DNA from: a virus
Virus record (IMG/VR): IMGVR_UViG_3300021449_000180
Direction: 5' to 3' (one strand)
Length of the DNA: 39,612 bases
Part shown: positions 16,986 through 24,491 of the stretch, in pieces
How positions within the stretch are numbered: position 1 is the first letter of the stretch
Layout: each line of letters starts with the position of its first letter
The notes under the pieces: generated by a model
The model's database searches: none
Seen by the model: only the letters and a program-made list of their open reading frames with translations
What the model was told of the DNA's origin: nothing
Program-made: the position numbers and the translations under genes

Positions 16986-17888
16986 TTAGTCGTCGGGGTC
17001 CTGATCCTCCCGCATCGTCGACCGCCTCACTGCCTCCCCCCACGACGCCATCGCGTCAGCCTGCTGGGACTGCGGGTCGTCCAGGATGCCCAGGTCCTTC
17101 AGTTCGCGGATGTCCCGCTGCCGCATCCGCGCTTTCGGCAGGTTCACCGGCAGTTCATCTTCAATTTCGACCGGCTCCCCATTCGTCGGGTCAACGACGA
17201 CGTCCCCGTCAGCGACGATCACTTCGTCCTGCGTCAGTAGTTCCCGGACCTGCCGCAGCGTCACGCCCTTCAACAGCACTTGATGCACGCAGACGTCGAA
17301 CAGCCGGTCAGCCTTCCCGGTCAAGTGGTCAGGACTAACGGGCGGGGCATCAGCAGCAGCGTGCTGGCGCGGAGCAGCCTGCGCGACGTGTCCATCACCC
17401 TGGTCGTCGACGCCGTCACCACCGCCGTCAGCGGCCTGTAATGCGTCCTGACTGACGTGGTCCAGGATCGGCGGGCTATACCGGTCCGCATCCCCCGGGT
17501 AGGCGTCGAACGGCGCATCGTCCATGTAGGTCCAGAAGACACGCCTGATCTTCGTCGCCAGCGGCGGGTCATGCTCCCGGAAATAATCGAACAACCCTGT
17601 CGCATCCTGTTCCGCGGCGTACAGCCCGTGTGACAACGCGTTCCGGTTCCCCTCCGGTGCGCCGCCACCGGACGTCTTCTTTCCCGCCACTGCGTTCCCG
17701 TTCCGCGCCGTCCCGTGGTTTTCAGGCGGCCCCGACCCGTCGCGGGGATGCATATAACACCGTTCATCCGCGTCGTCGACCGGAAACTGGCAGGGCGCGT
17801 CCGTCGACGCCGTGTCGTCGTACCCGCAGACATAGGTATCCCCACCATCGCCGGTAGCGTCGCCCTGTCCTTGGTCGTCGTCCACCAT
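16986..17888 (-). CDS. terS: Terminase small subunit-like protein
   Basis: 300 aa from the ATG at 17888. The track extension to 18323 is Arg/His/Pro-rich and overlaps another gene. The motif APEGNRNALSHGLYA is the GNxNAxxHGxY signature seen in P27/YjcR-type small terminases. It lies upstream of terL. Confidence 0.55.
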   Translation of the reverse strand: MVDDDQGQGDATGDGGDTYVCGYDDTASTDAPCQFPVDDADERCYMHPRDGSGPPENHGTARNGNAVAGKKTSGGGAPEGNRNALSHGLYAAEQDATGLFDYFREHDPPLATKIRRVFWTYMDDAPFDAYPGDADRYSPPILDHVSQDALQAADGGGDGVDDQGDGHVAQAAPRQHAAADAPPVSPDHLTGKADRLFDVCVHQVLLKGVTLRQVRELLTQDEVIVADGDVVVDPTNGEPVEIEDELPVNLPKARMRQRDIRELKDLGILDDPQSQQADAMASWGEAVRRSTMREDQDPDD

Positions 17889-17910
17889 ACAGTATCGGTA
17901 TGCTGTTGAA

Positions 17911-17920
17911 TCCTGATAAC
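17911..17920 (-). promoter_or_regulatory. TATA-like box (GTTATCAGGA on the coding strand) 31 nt before the terS ATG
   Basis: It lies in the 122-nt gap upstream of 17888. The spacing fits a leaderless promoter. Confidence 0.3.
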
Positions 17921-18010
17921 AGTTCGCCGCCACCGGACCACGGACTGCGACCGGCTTCAGGAATGGGCTGCCGCAGGGCGCGGGTCGTGGGTCGGGAGAA
18001 CGGGGGGTGG

Positions 18011-18205
18011 TTAGTTCTGGGTGTCGGTGTCGTCGACGTCCTGTTGGAGTGATTCGATGGCTTGCTGGCGGGTGAGGTAGTCGGTGATGTCCGACATGTC
18101 GACGGTGTCGGCCTGTGCTTTGCCGTATTGGTAGGCGTAGCCGTAGGACAGGAGAACGATGACGAAGGCTCCGGCCCCGATGGCGACGGATAGTGGGTCG
18201 ACCAT
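18011..18205 (-). CDS. Small membrane protein (one TM helix)
   Basis: 64 aa with N-terminus VAIGAGAFVIVLLSYGYAY and an acidic C-terminus. It is the first gene after the late element at 18230-18260. Confidence 0.6.
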   Translation of the reverse strand: MVDPLSVAIGAGAFVIVLLSYGYAYQYGKAQADTVDMSDITDYLTRQQAIESLQQDVDDTDTQN

Positions 18206-18229
18206 GCGGGTGGGTGTTGGTCTGGGTGA

Positions 18230-18260
18230 GGTAAGTAGTGGCGTGACGCGGTGGCTGGGG
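18230..18260 (-). promoter_or_regulatory. Late-gene element copy (CCCCAGCCACCGCGTCACGCCACTACTTACC on the coding strand)
   Basis: Core cgtgacgcggtgg at 18242-18254. The CTTACC box starts 30 nt before the ATG at 18205. Confidence 0.55.
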
Positions 18261-18276
18261 TGTCGATAGGGCGTGA

Positions 18277-18300
18277 GGGTAGGGGTGGTGCCGGGTGGGG
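18277..18300 (+). other. Canonical G-quadruplex-forming motif GGGTAGGGGTGGTGCCGGGTGGGG
   Basis: Four G3+ runs with loops of 7 nt or less, inside a G+T-rich ORF-free tract. Confidence 0.5.
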
Positions 18301-18328
18301 TGGCCGGCGCGACGTGACGACAAGTTGG

Positions 18329-18371
18329 CCCCCGCGGCCTTCGGATGGGTTGTCCTGTCGGCCAGCGGGGG
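18329..18371. other. Stable GC hairpin (11-bp stem with one bulge, 20-nt loop)
   Basis: cccccgcggcc (18329-18339) pairs with ggcc-a-gcggggg (18360-18371). Confidence 0.5.
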
Positions 18372-18514
18372 GTTGCGACGATGTCGTGGGGTAGCTATGG
18401 TGCGTGCGGGACGCCCTCTTTGGACGGATGCCCTATTGGGGGCGTGTCGCCGGGGGCGTTCGTGGATGGTGTCGTGTGAGGGTGATCACTCCGTGTGGGT
18501 GGTTGTCGGGGTGG

Positions 18515-18545
18515 TATTTCAGTCAGCGTGACGCGGTGGCGGGGT
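18515..18545 (-). promoter_or_regulatory. Orphan late-gene element copy (ACCCCGCCACCGCGTCACGCTGACTGAAATA on the coding strand)
   Basis: Core at 18527-18539 overlaps the last codons and stop of the 129-aa gene. No ORF follows for about 290 nt. Confidence 0.45.
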
Positions 18546-18912
18546 CGTCCATGTTGATGTCGGGGTCGATCTGGTAGGCCTGGACGTGCTGGATGTTGTG
18601 GACGGTGGCGTTGTCGACGACGTCTTCGACGTAGGCTTTCAACCGGGTCGGGGTTGGGCCGTCGGCGTGGCTGCCAGTGTCAGTGTGGGTGTCGCTGTTG
18701 GTGTCGACCAGGACCAGCGTTTGTTGTCGTCCGCTGGGCTGGTAGGCGACCGTGGTGATGTAGACGTCGTGACCCCAGTCGTCTGGGTCGTCTGCGGGCG
18801 TCAGGACGTACCTGATGGGGACTTCGGTGCCTGGGCGGGTGGTGGCGTAGGCTGCGAAGACGCCCAGCGTGATGGCCAGGAGGATCGCCAGCGTCGCGGC
18901 GATGGGGTCCAT
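18523..18912 (-). CDS. Hypothetical protein with an N-terminal TM helix
   Basis: 129 aa with N-terminus IAATLAILLAITLGVFAAYA. It is the last gene of the early block. Confidence 0.6.
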   Translation of the reverse strand: MDPIAATLAILLAITLGVFAAYATTRPGTEVPIRYVLTPADDPDDWGHDVYITTVAYQPSGRQQTLVLVDTNSDTHTDTGSHADGPTPTRLKAYVEDVVDNATVHNIQHVQAYQIDPDINMDDPATASR

Positions 18913-19365
18913 CTATGTGTCGCCCCCGTCGGCGTAGTCGTTCAGGCCGCGCTGGGGGGTGTCCAGGCTGTCCAGGTGGCCGTCGGCTTTAATGACGACC
19001 GTGGTGGACTTCGGGATGTAGCAGCCCCAATTCGACCCGTCGATGGTCGGGTTGTTCTTTCGGTGGAACTGCGTGACGCGGACGGCTTTCGGGCTGTAGT
19101 CCTCCCAGTACCCGACGGCCAGGCGTCCGCCGTCGGCGTCGACGTCGATCACGCTGTCGGCGTCAAGTCGGACGACGTCGTGGTCGTCTTCGTCGCGTTT
19201 GAAGTCCGGGAGGATGAACAGGCTGTCGTGGCTGGTTTCCCGGAGGACGGTGACGACGGCGTCTTTTTCGGGGCCGGTCAACATCGGGGCTTGATCGACG
19301 TCATCCCAGGACCGGACCGTCACTGTGCGTAGTTCGACCGTGTCGTCGTCAGGCATCGTGATCAC
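18913..19365 (-). CDS. Hypothetical acidic protein
   Basis: 150-aa ORF. The probable ATG (MPDDDTV) lies in the junction GGTGATCACGATGCCTGA. Confidence 0.6.
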   Translation of the reverse strand: MITMPDDDTVELRTVTVRSWDDVDQAPMLTGPEKDAVVTVLRETSHDSLFILPDFKRDEDDHDVVRLDADSVIDVDADGGRLAVGYWEDYSPKAVRVTQFHRKNNPTIDGSNWGCYIPKSTTVVIKADGHLDSLDTPQRGLNDYADGGDT

Positions 19366-19768
19366 CCTTCGGGTGGACGTTGACCATCAGCGTCCAGATG
19401 GCGGTCGCGTCGGGTGGGTTCGCGTCGATGGCTGGCGCGGCTTCGACGTAGATGTCGGCGTCGCCGTGGTCGCTGTCGATGTCCAGGACTGCTGGGAAGT
19501 CGTCTTCTGGCGCTTCTGGACTGATGGGGTCGCCTTCGAAGGCTGTCGCCGCTTCCAGATACACGGGTTGGCGGTGGTGGTCGGTCGGGTTCGTGGTGTA
19601 GTCGACCGACAAGACGCTGACGCCCTGGTCCTGAAGGGCGTCGACGGCGTCCGCGACGGCCCTGATGACGTCCGGTTCGACGTCGTAGGGCGCGCCATCA
19701 GTCACGTGGATCACCCCACTGGCGGTGACGGGCATCGGCGCTTTGTTCGCGTTCGGCTGCGTCGTCAC
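19349..19768 (-). CDS. Hypothetical acidic protein (start uncertain)
   Basis: 139-aa track ORF with a GTG start. By analogy with the paralogous junction at 20374-20391, the real start may be GTG 19714 or ATG 19735. Confidence 0.55.
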   Translation of the reverse strand: MTTQPNANKAPMPVTASGVIHVTDGAPYDVEPDVIRAVADAVDALQDQGVSVLSVDYTTNPTDHHRQPVYLEAATAFEGDPISPEAPEDDFPAVLDIDSDHGDADIYVEAAPAIDANPPDATAIWTLMVNVHPKGDHDA

Positions 19769-20390
19769 CTGTCGGGTCGTGGCCGTGCCGCCAGTAGTCC
19801 CAGCACGGCCCGCAGACGCTGTTCGCGTCCGCTGGCGCGTCTGTGGTGTCCATCTGTGTGTCCCTGATGGTGTCCAGGTTGGTGAGGGTGAGGCCGCAGG
19901 CCAGGCCGTGGTCGTACCCGTTGAACGTCGTGGATCGATGCCAACGGTGGGTGGCGTCCTGCACCCAGATGCCGGGGTTGTCGACCTGCGACTGGACTTC
20001 CCACGTCAACTGAAAGACCAGCGGCGCGACGTCGTCAATCTCCTGTTGGACGGCTGTCGGGCGGTCCAGGTGCGCGCCGCCGATGTCCTGGCGGACCTGT
20101 TCGCGGCCCGGGTCCGGGCTGCCGGCGGGACCTTCGAAGTTGGTTTCCAGGAAATCTTGGACGTCACGGCCCAGGTCCATCGTCTCACCGATGTACTGCC
20201 AGGCTGTCTGCGGGACGTCGCCCTGGTCGTCATCCGGCAGGGTTGCCTGTTTGAGTAGTGCTTCGGCGACTTCGCCGACTTCTTCGACCAGCGCCAGGAA
20301 CAGCGTCGGGGCGGTCTGGTTGCCCCAGCGGTCGACGTTGTCGTCGGCCTGTCGTTCCCAGCGGATGCGGCGGTCAGTCACGCCAGTCAC
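19698..20390 (-). CDS. MazG-like nucleotide pyrophosphohydrolase fused to a Cys-containing C-terminal domain
   Basis: 230 aa. LFLALVEEVGEVAEALLK and QEIDDVAPLVFQL fit the MazG EExGE / E..D helices. The C-terminal half carries H...NGY.HGLACG...CGPC. Confidence 0.55.
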   Translation of the reverse strand: MTGVTDRRIRWERQADDNVDRWGNQTAPTLFLALVEEVGEVAEALLKQATLPDDDQGDVPQTAWQYIGETMDLGRDVQDFLETNFEGPAGSPDPGREQVRQDIGGAHLDRPTAVQQEIDDVAPLVFQLTWEVQSQVDNPGIWVQDATHRWHRSTTFNGYDHGLACGLTLTNLDTIRDTQMDTTDAPADANSVCGPCWDYWRHGHDPTGDDAAEREQSADARHRQWGDPRD

Positions 20391-20784
20391 CCCAGCGGCG
20401 GCGGGCGTCGACGGCCTGGTCGGGTGTCAGGTCGCGCAGGTCGTACCGTTCGACGTGGTAGCCCCGGGCGTAGGGCGCGGGATCGTCGATGTCGTCGACC
20501 GGGCGGACGCGTCCGGTGATGGCCGGGACGGCGGGGTCGAACCCGTCGCTGCCGGCGTGCGGTGGTGCGCCCAGGGGCATGACGTGGTCCAGGGCGTCGA
20601 AGCCCGCCATCCAGGCCGCGACGGCGTGCTTTTCCAGTTCCCGCAGGTACGCCGTCGTCGCCGCTTCGATGGCGGTGTCGGCGCGCGTCTGGACGTCGAC
20701 GATGTCGATGTCGTCCGGCGTTGCCGGGTTGTCCGTGATGTCGCTGACGTCGACGTCGTCCGGCGCGTCGATGAAGTCACCCAT
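20374..20784 (-). CDS. Hypothetical acidic protein
   Basis: 136 aa from the internal ATG 20784 (MGDFIDAPDD); the upstream track extension is Arg/Ser/Thr-rich. It ends RRRWGDWRD, like the MazG-like gene. Confidence 0.55.
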   Translation of the reverse strand: MGDFIDAPDDVDVSDITDNPATPDDIDIVDVQTRADTAIEAATTAYLRELEKHAVAAWMAGFDALDHVMPLGAPPHAGSDGFDPAVPAITGRVRPVDDIDDPAPYARGYHVERYDLRDLTPDQAVDARRRWGDWRD

Positions 20785-21094
20785 CGGTATCACCGGGGGC
20801 GTAGGCCGCCATGAGGAACTGTCTGTCGACCGGTGCGTCGTCGACGTGGACCAGATATGACTGGGCGCAGCGGGCGCAGACGTCCGCGGCGTCGGGCGTT
20901 CCGGCCAGTTGATCCCAGACGTCCGGGACGTGACCGCAGCCGCTGGCGTAGTTCGTCGCGTTCGTGGTGCCGCGGGCCAGCATCGACTGTCGTCCGAAGT
21001 CGACCAGGTGGGCCTTCGCGCCGGTCGGTGTTTCAGCGAACTGGACATCGCTATCGCGGGTCGGGATGTCGTCAGGGTCAGCCATCGCCGTCAC
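20777..21094 (-). CDS. Small Cys-containing protein, paralogous N-terminus to 26857-27444
   Basis: 105-aa track ORF. The likely ATG is at 21085 (MADPDDIPTRD). It contains NYASGCGH...VCARC. Confidence 0.55.
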   Translation of the reverse strand: MTAMADPDDIPTRDSDVQFAETPTGAKAHLVDFGRQSMLARGTTNATNYASGCGHVPDVWDQLAGTPDAADVCARCAQSYLVHVDDAPVDRQFLMAAYAPGDTDG

Positions 21095-21566
21095 CGCCTT
21101 GGAACGCGTTCATGTTCTGCTGGCCGGGGGACCCGTCGGTGGATGGCGTCCAGTCAGGATGCCGTGGTGGGGTCTTCCGTCCGTCGGCCCAGTCGCGGAA
21201 TGGGACGCCGAACCGGGCGTTGATGTCGATCCAGTCTTCCCCGCGGCGCTGCCGGGGGCTGTCGTCGGGGTCGGGCGCGTCGCCGTGTTCCGTGACCGCG
21301 TCGGGGTGGAAGACGTACCGGTAGCCGCCGTCCTGGACGAATAAGAGTAGGAGGGCGTCGGTGTCGGTGGCGCGCTGGGCGACCTTCGTGTGCATGAAGG
21401 ACGCGTCGCCGGCCTTCAGGTACTGCTTCGCGGTGACGATGAAGGGTTGGTCGTGGACGGTGACGCGGAACGCGTACCGTCCGACGTCGTCGTCGTACCA
21501 GGCGTCGATGGCGGTCTGCCGGGTTTTGAAGAAGTCGGCGGCGTCCGATAGTAGGCCTCCGGTCAT
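21078..21566 (-). CDS. Hypothetical protein
   Basis: 162-aa minus-strand ORF. It overlaps the upstream gene by 4 nt and ends GGDGDG inside a junction cassette. Confidence 0.6.
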   Translation of the reverse strand: MTGGLLSDAADFFKTRQTAIDAWYDDDVGRYAFRVTVHDQPFIVTAKQYLKAGDASFMHTKVAQRATDTDALLLLFVQDGGYRYVFHPDAVTEHGDAPDPDDSPRQRRGEDWIDINARFGVPFRDWADGRKTPPRHPDWTPSTDGSPGQQNMNAFQGGDGDG

Positions 21567-21838
21567 CGGTCACTGTGGGTGTCGCGGATGGTTCGCAGGG
21601 CGTCCTGGAAGTCCGGGTCAGGGTTCGGTAGGTAGTACCGTCCGCGCTTCAACGCGTAGAGGAGTCCCTGGGCGGTGTAGCGTTCCGGGTCGGTCGGGTC
21701 CTCCGGCGCGTGCGGTGACAACGTAACCCGTTCGTGTTCGTCGTCGATGTGGGCTTCGAAGGGACGACCCGTTGCGGGTCGCTTCAGGATTGTTCCGTCG
21801 ATGACGTCGCTGGGGTCGTCGATGGCGGCGTCAGGCAT
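21563..21838 (-). CDS. Hypothetical protein
   Basis: 91-aa ORF tightly packed with overlaps at both ends. Confidence 0.55.
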   Translation of the reverse strand: MPDAAIDDPSDVIDGTILKRPATGRPFEAHIDDEHERVTLSPHAPEDPTDPERYTAQGLLYALKRGRYYLPNPDPDFQDALRTIRDTHSDR

Positions 21839-22019
21839 CGCCGTCGTCCCCCATCGGTTTCGTCCGGGTGTTCGTCATCGCGGTCAGGTTGACTTCGACG
21901 CCGCTCCGCGTTCGCGTGACGTCGGTGATGCGGGTGACGTCGAACCCGGCGTCGTCAAGTGCGTCGACCGCGTCCTGGACGGCGTCGGTGTCGTGGTCCG
22001 ACAGGCCTCTACTCCCCAT
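21831..22019 (-). CDS. Small acidic protein
   Basis: 62 aa from the internal ATG 22019 (MGSRGLSDHDTDAV...). The upstream part of the track ORF is Arg/Thr-rich and overlaps the 158-aa gene. Confidence 0.45.
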   Translation of the reverse strand: MGSRGLSDHDTDAVQDAVDALDDAGFDVTRITDVTRTRSGVEVNLTAMTNTRTKPMGDDGDA

Positions 22020-22485
22020 CGCCGGCACCCCCAGTCGGGTCGGGGTTGATGTCGTGGGCGATGCCGTGTTCGTCCAGGACGTCGGCCAGCAGCGCGGTGT
22101 CGCCGGTGCCGTCTTCGACGTCCAGGGCGTAGGCTGTCGGCGGCGTGTCCGCGACCAGGTATAGGCCGTTCGGCCAGCCGCCGATGTCGTCGCCGGGCGG
22201 CATGGTTGTCGGCGTGCGGACCGCCTGTAGCGGGTCGAAGCGGTCGTCATCTTCGAACCGTCCGTGTTCCAGCGCGCTGACCAGGTCGGTGATGCCGTCG
22301 AAGCCGTGGTCGGTGAGGGTCTGGGTGACGGTGTCGTCGTCCGGGACTAAGAGGAGCCAGGCGATGGCGGCTTCGTGTCCGGCGCGGCTGATGGCGCGGT
22401 ATTCCTGTTCGTAGTGCTGTTCGGCGGTGTCTTCCAGGACGTCCCGGAGGAACGGGGCGACCTTGAGGTCGGCGTAGGCGGTCAT
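22009..22485 (-). CDS. Hypothetical acidic protein
   Basis: 158-aa ORF with typical composition. Confidence 0.6.
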   Translation of the reverse strand: MTAYADLKVAPFLRDVLEDTAEQHYEQEYRAISRAGHEAAIAWLLLVPDDDTVTQTLTDHGFDGITDLVSALEHGRFEDDDRFDPLQAVRTPTTMPPGDDIGGWPNGLYLVADTPPTAYALDVEDGTGDTALLADVLDEHGIAHDINPDPTGGAGDGE

Positions 22486-22527
22486 GCGTTCACCGTGTCG
22501 TTGACGTGGGGGCGCTTGTGTTCGGTT

Positions 22528-22779
22528 TCAGTCATCAGTAGGCCCGCCGGTGTCGTAAGTTTTTGATAGTGCCTGTTCAGTGGATTCCAGAAGGTCCCTT
22601 CGAAGGTCGTCAGAGGCTTCTGCACCCAGGTCAACCGTTACTTCGCCGCCGGATAACGGGATAATCATCTGGACCCATGCTCCCTGTTCATCTTCTTCGA
22701 CCCTGACCTGAATCTGCGTTTCAGGTTGATGGCGCTGGCTAATGTTCAGCCGTGGTATGTAACCCCTGAGGTCAGGCAT
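22528..22779 (-). CDS. Small protein encoded in a low-GC patch
   Basis: 83 aa from the internal ATG 22779 (MPDLRGYIPRLNISQRHQPETQIQVRV...). My hand count gives about 53% G+C over 200 nt, well below the surroundings. Confidence 0.5.
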   Translation of the reverse strand: MPDLRGYIPRLNISQRHQPETQIQVRVEEDEQGAWVQMIIPLSGGEVTVDLGAEASDDLRRDLLESTEQALSKTYDTGGPTDD

Positions 22780-23134
22780 CCCTTCCGTCCCCCTGTTGGC
22801 GTTCGCGCGGGTCGACGTCGGGCCAGTCTTCGAAGCTGGGGTCCGACAGCCGGTTCCCGATAGCGTGATCCAGGTCGTCCTGGATGTCGCTATGCAGCGT
22901 TCGGGCCATCGACCGGAGGGCACGGCGGCCCTCCGGGTCGTCCAGCGCGATGGCGGGGTCGATGCGGACCTTCGTGGACTGGTAGGCGTCAAATGATTCG
23001 TAGTCGCCGGTCGATACGGTTTCGTCGGCGCTGACGGTCATCCCGACCGCGATCATCCCGGCGTCGTCGGGGTCGTCAGCGACCTGGACGGTCGTGCCGT
23101 CGACGGTGACGGTATCAGTGTCGGTGTCTGCCAT
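22772..23134 (-). CDS. Hypothetical acidic protein
   Basis: 120 aa from the internal ATG 23134 (MADTDTDTVTVDG...). Confidence 0.55.
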   Translation of the reverse strand: MADTDTDTVTVDGTTVQVADDPDDAGMIAVGMTVSADETVSTGDYESFDAYQSTKVRIDPAIALDDPEGRRALRSMARTLHSDIQDDLDHAIGNRLSDPSFEDWPDVDPRERQQGDGRDA

Positions 23135-23271
23135 AGGGTGCGCCGCTGACGCGGGCACAAGGCGGGTCCCGTTGTCGCAGGGGCCAGGCGTCCGCCCCGC
23201 CGGGTCGACGCGACTGTGCGTCGCCCTGGGCGGCATAGCGGACGAAATAACTGGGGTTCGAAGACCGCCCG

Positions 23272-23418
23272 TCAGGTGGCGTCTGTCCAGTCGTGCTTCG
23301 GGCTACGCGTGTCGCCTTCCCAGCAGGGTTCTTCAGGCGGCGTATAGCCCGCCCGGGACCGCCTCCCGCAGCGCGTGCAGACGACATCGTCGTCAACCGG
23401 GTCGACGTCACCGGTCAT
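23272..23418 (-). CDS. Small CxxC protein (48 aa, below the ORF-track cutoff)
   Basis: Hand translation gives MTGDVDPVDDDVVCTRCGRRSRAGYTPPEEPCWEGDTRSPKHDWTDAT. ATGA overlap with the upstream membrane-protein gene. Confidence 0.45.
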   Translation of the reverse strand: MTGDVDPVDDDVVCTRCGRRSRAGYTPPEEPCWEGDTRSPKHDWTDAT

Positions 23419-23624
23419 CGGTCTAAGTCGTCAGCAGTCGGCGGCCCACCATCGTCGTCCTGGCCGCGGTTGGCCGTTGCGGTCAGCGTCAGGAACCCGA
23501 TGGATGCGACCGCCAGCGCGGCCAACACGGCCCGCGACGGGTCGACCGCCGCCAGAACCACCGCCCAGACCGCGCCGACGACGGTCAACCCGACCGCCAG
23601 CCCCTGAATCGTTACCCAGGGCAT
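23415..23624 (-). CDS. Small membrane protein (two TM helices)
   Basis: 69 aa with GLAVGLTVVGAVWAVVLAAV and VLAALAVASIGFLTLTA. Confidence 0.6.
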   Translation of the reverse strand: MPWVTIQGLAVGLTVVGAVWAVVLAAVDPSRAVLAALAVASIGFLTLTATANRGQDDDGGPPTADDLDR

Positions 23625-23626
23625 GG

Positions 23627-24085
23627 TCAGGAAGCGTCGACGTCGACGTCATCCAGTGGGTCGCGGACCTGGTAGACCATGTCGACGACGTATTCCTGGA
23701 CGATGTCGGGGTCCGGGCGGCCCGGTGCGTGCATCAGCGTCCGGGCGACGATGCTGTCGACGATCCGGTCCACGTCGCCGTCGTCGGCCTGGTCGATGGC
23801 GACTTCATCCTGGGTGATCTGGTCGTTCGCGGTGTCGGTCCAGTCCGGCAGGTCGTCGTCATCCAGCGCGTCCATCGTCGCCGCGTACACGCGGGGTTCC
23901 GGGACGTCGATCTTCGCGGCCAACGTCGGGACGTCGACGTCGGGGACGCTGACGTCGACTTCGACCTTCGTCAACAGTTCGTTCGTCCCCAGTTCTGACC
24001 CGGTCGGCTTCGACTGCCGGGTCCGGTGCGACCCGTCGCGCCAGTCAATGATCAACCACGCCGTGATGGTTTTATCGTCAGACAT
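23627..24085 (-). CDS. Hypothetical acidic protein
   Basis: 152-aa ORF that overlaps the upstream gene by 8 nt. Confidence 0.6.
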   Translation of the reverse strand: MSDDKTITAWLIIDWRDGSHRTRQSKPTGSELGTNELLTKVEVDVSVPDVDVPTLAAKIDVPEPRVYAATMDALDDDDLPDWTDTANDQITQDEVAIDQADDGDVDRIVDSIVARTLMHAPGRPDPDIVQEYVVDMVYQVRDPLDDVDVDAS

Positions 24086-24491
24086 CGCCGTCGCCCCCGC
24101 TGAACGCCGTCATTTCGTCCACCGGGTGTGCGTCACCATTGACCTGCTGGCCCAGTCGCTGGTACAGGTCAGCGAGGTCGGCGGCCAGGGCGTCCAGGTC
24201 TTCGGCGTCGGCCCATACCGCTGCGGCGGCGACGGCGGTGATGGCGTCGTCGCCGTCTATTGGGGCGTCGGGGTCGATGTCGATGTCCTGGGTGGTTGGG
24301 CCGTTGATGGCGACTTCGAAGACGTAGCGTCGTTCCGTCGCCTGGCCGGTGGCGACGTTGATGATGCCACTAAGTCCGCGTGCGTCGCGGGTTACTTCCT
24401 TCAGTTCGAATTCGCGGGCGGTGCCGCCCGCGGCTTCGATAGCGTGCTGTACGTCGTCTGCGGCTTTGAAGTCGATGTCGGTGTCGTTCAT
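24078..24491 (-). CDS. Hypothetical acidic protein
   Basis: 137 aa from the internal ATG 24491 (MNDTDIDFKAADD...). ATGA overlap with the 368-aa gene. Confidence 0.55.
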   Translation of the reverse strand: MNDTDIDFKAADDVQHAIEAAGGTAREFELKEVTRDARGLSGIINVATGQATERRYVFEVAINGPTTQDIDIDPDAPIDGDDAITAVAAAAVWADAEDLDALAADLADLYQRLGQQVNGDAHPVDEMTAFSGGDGDV

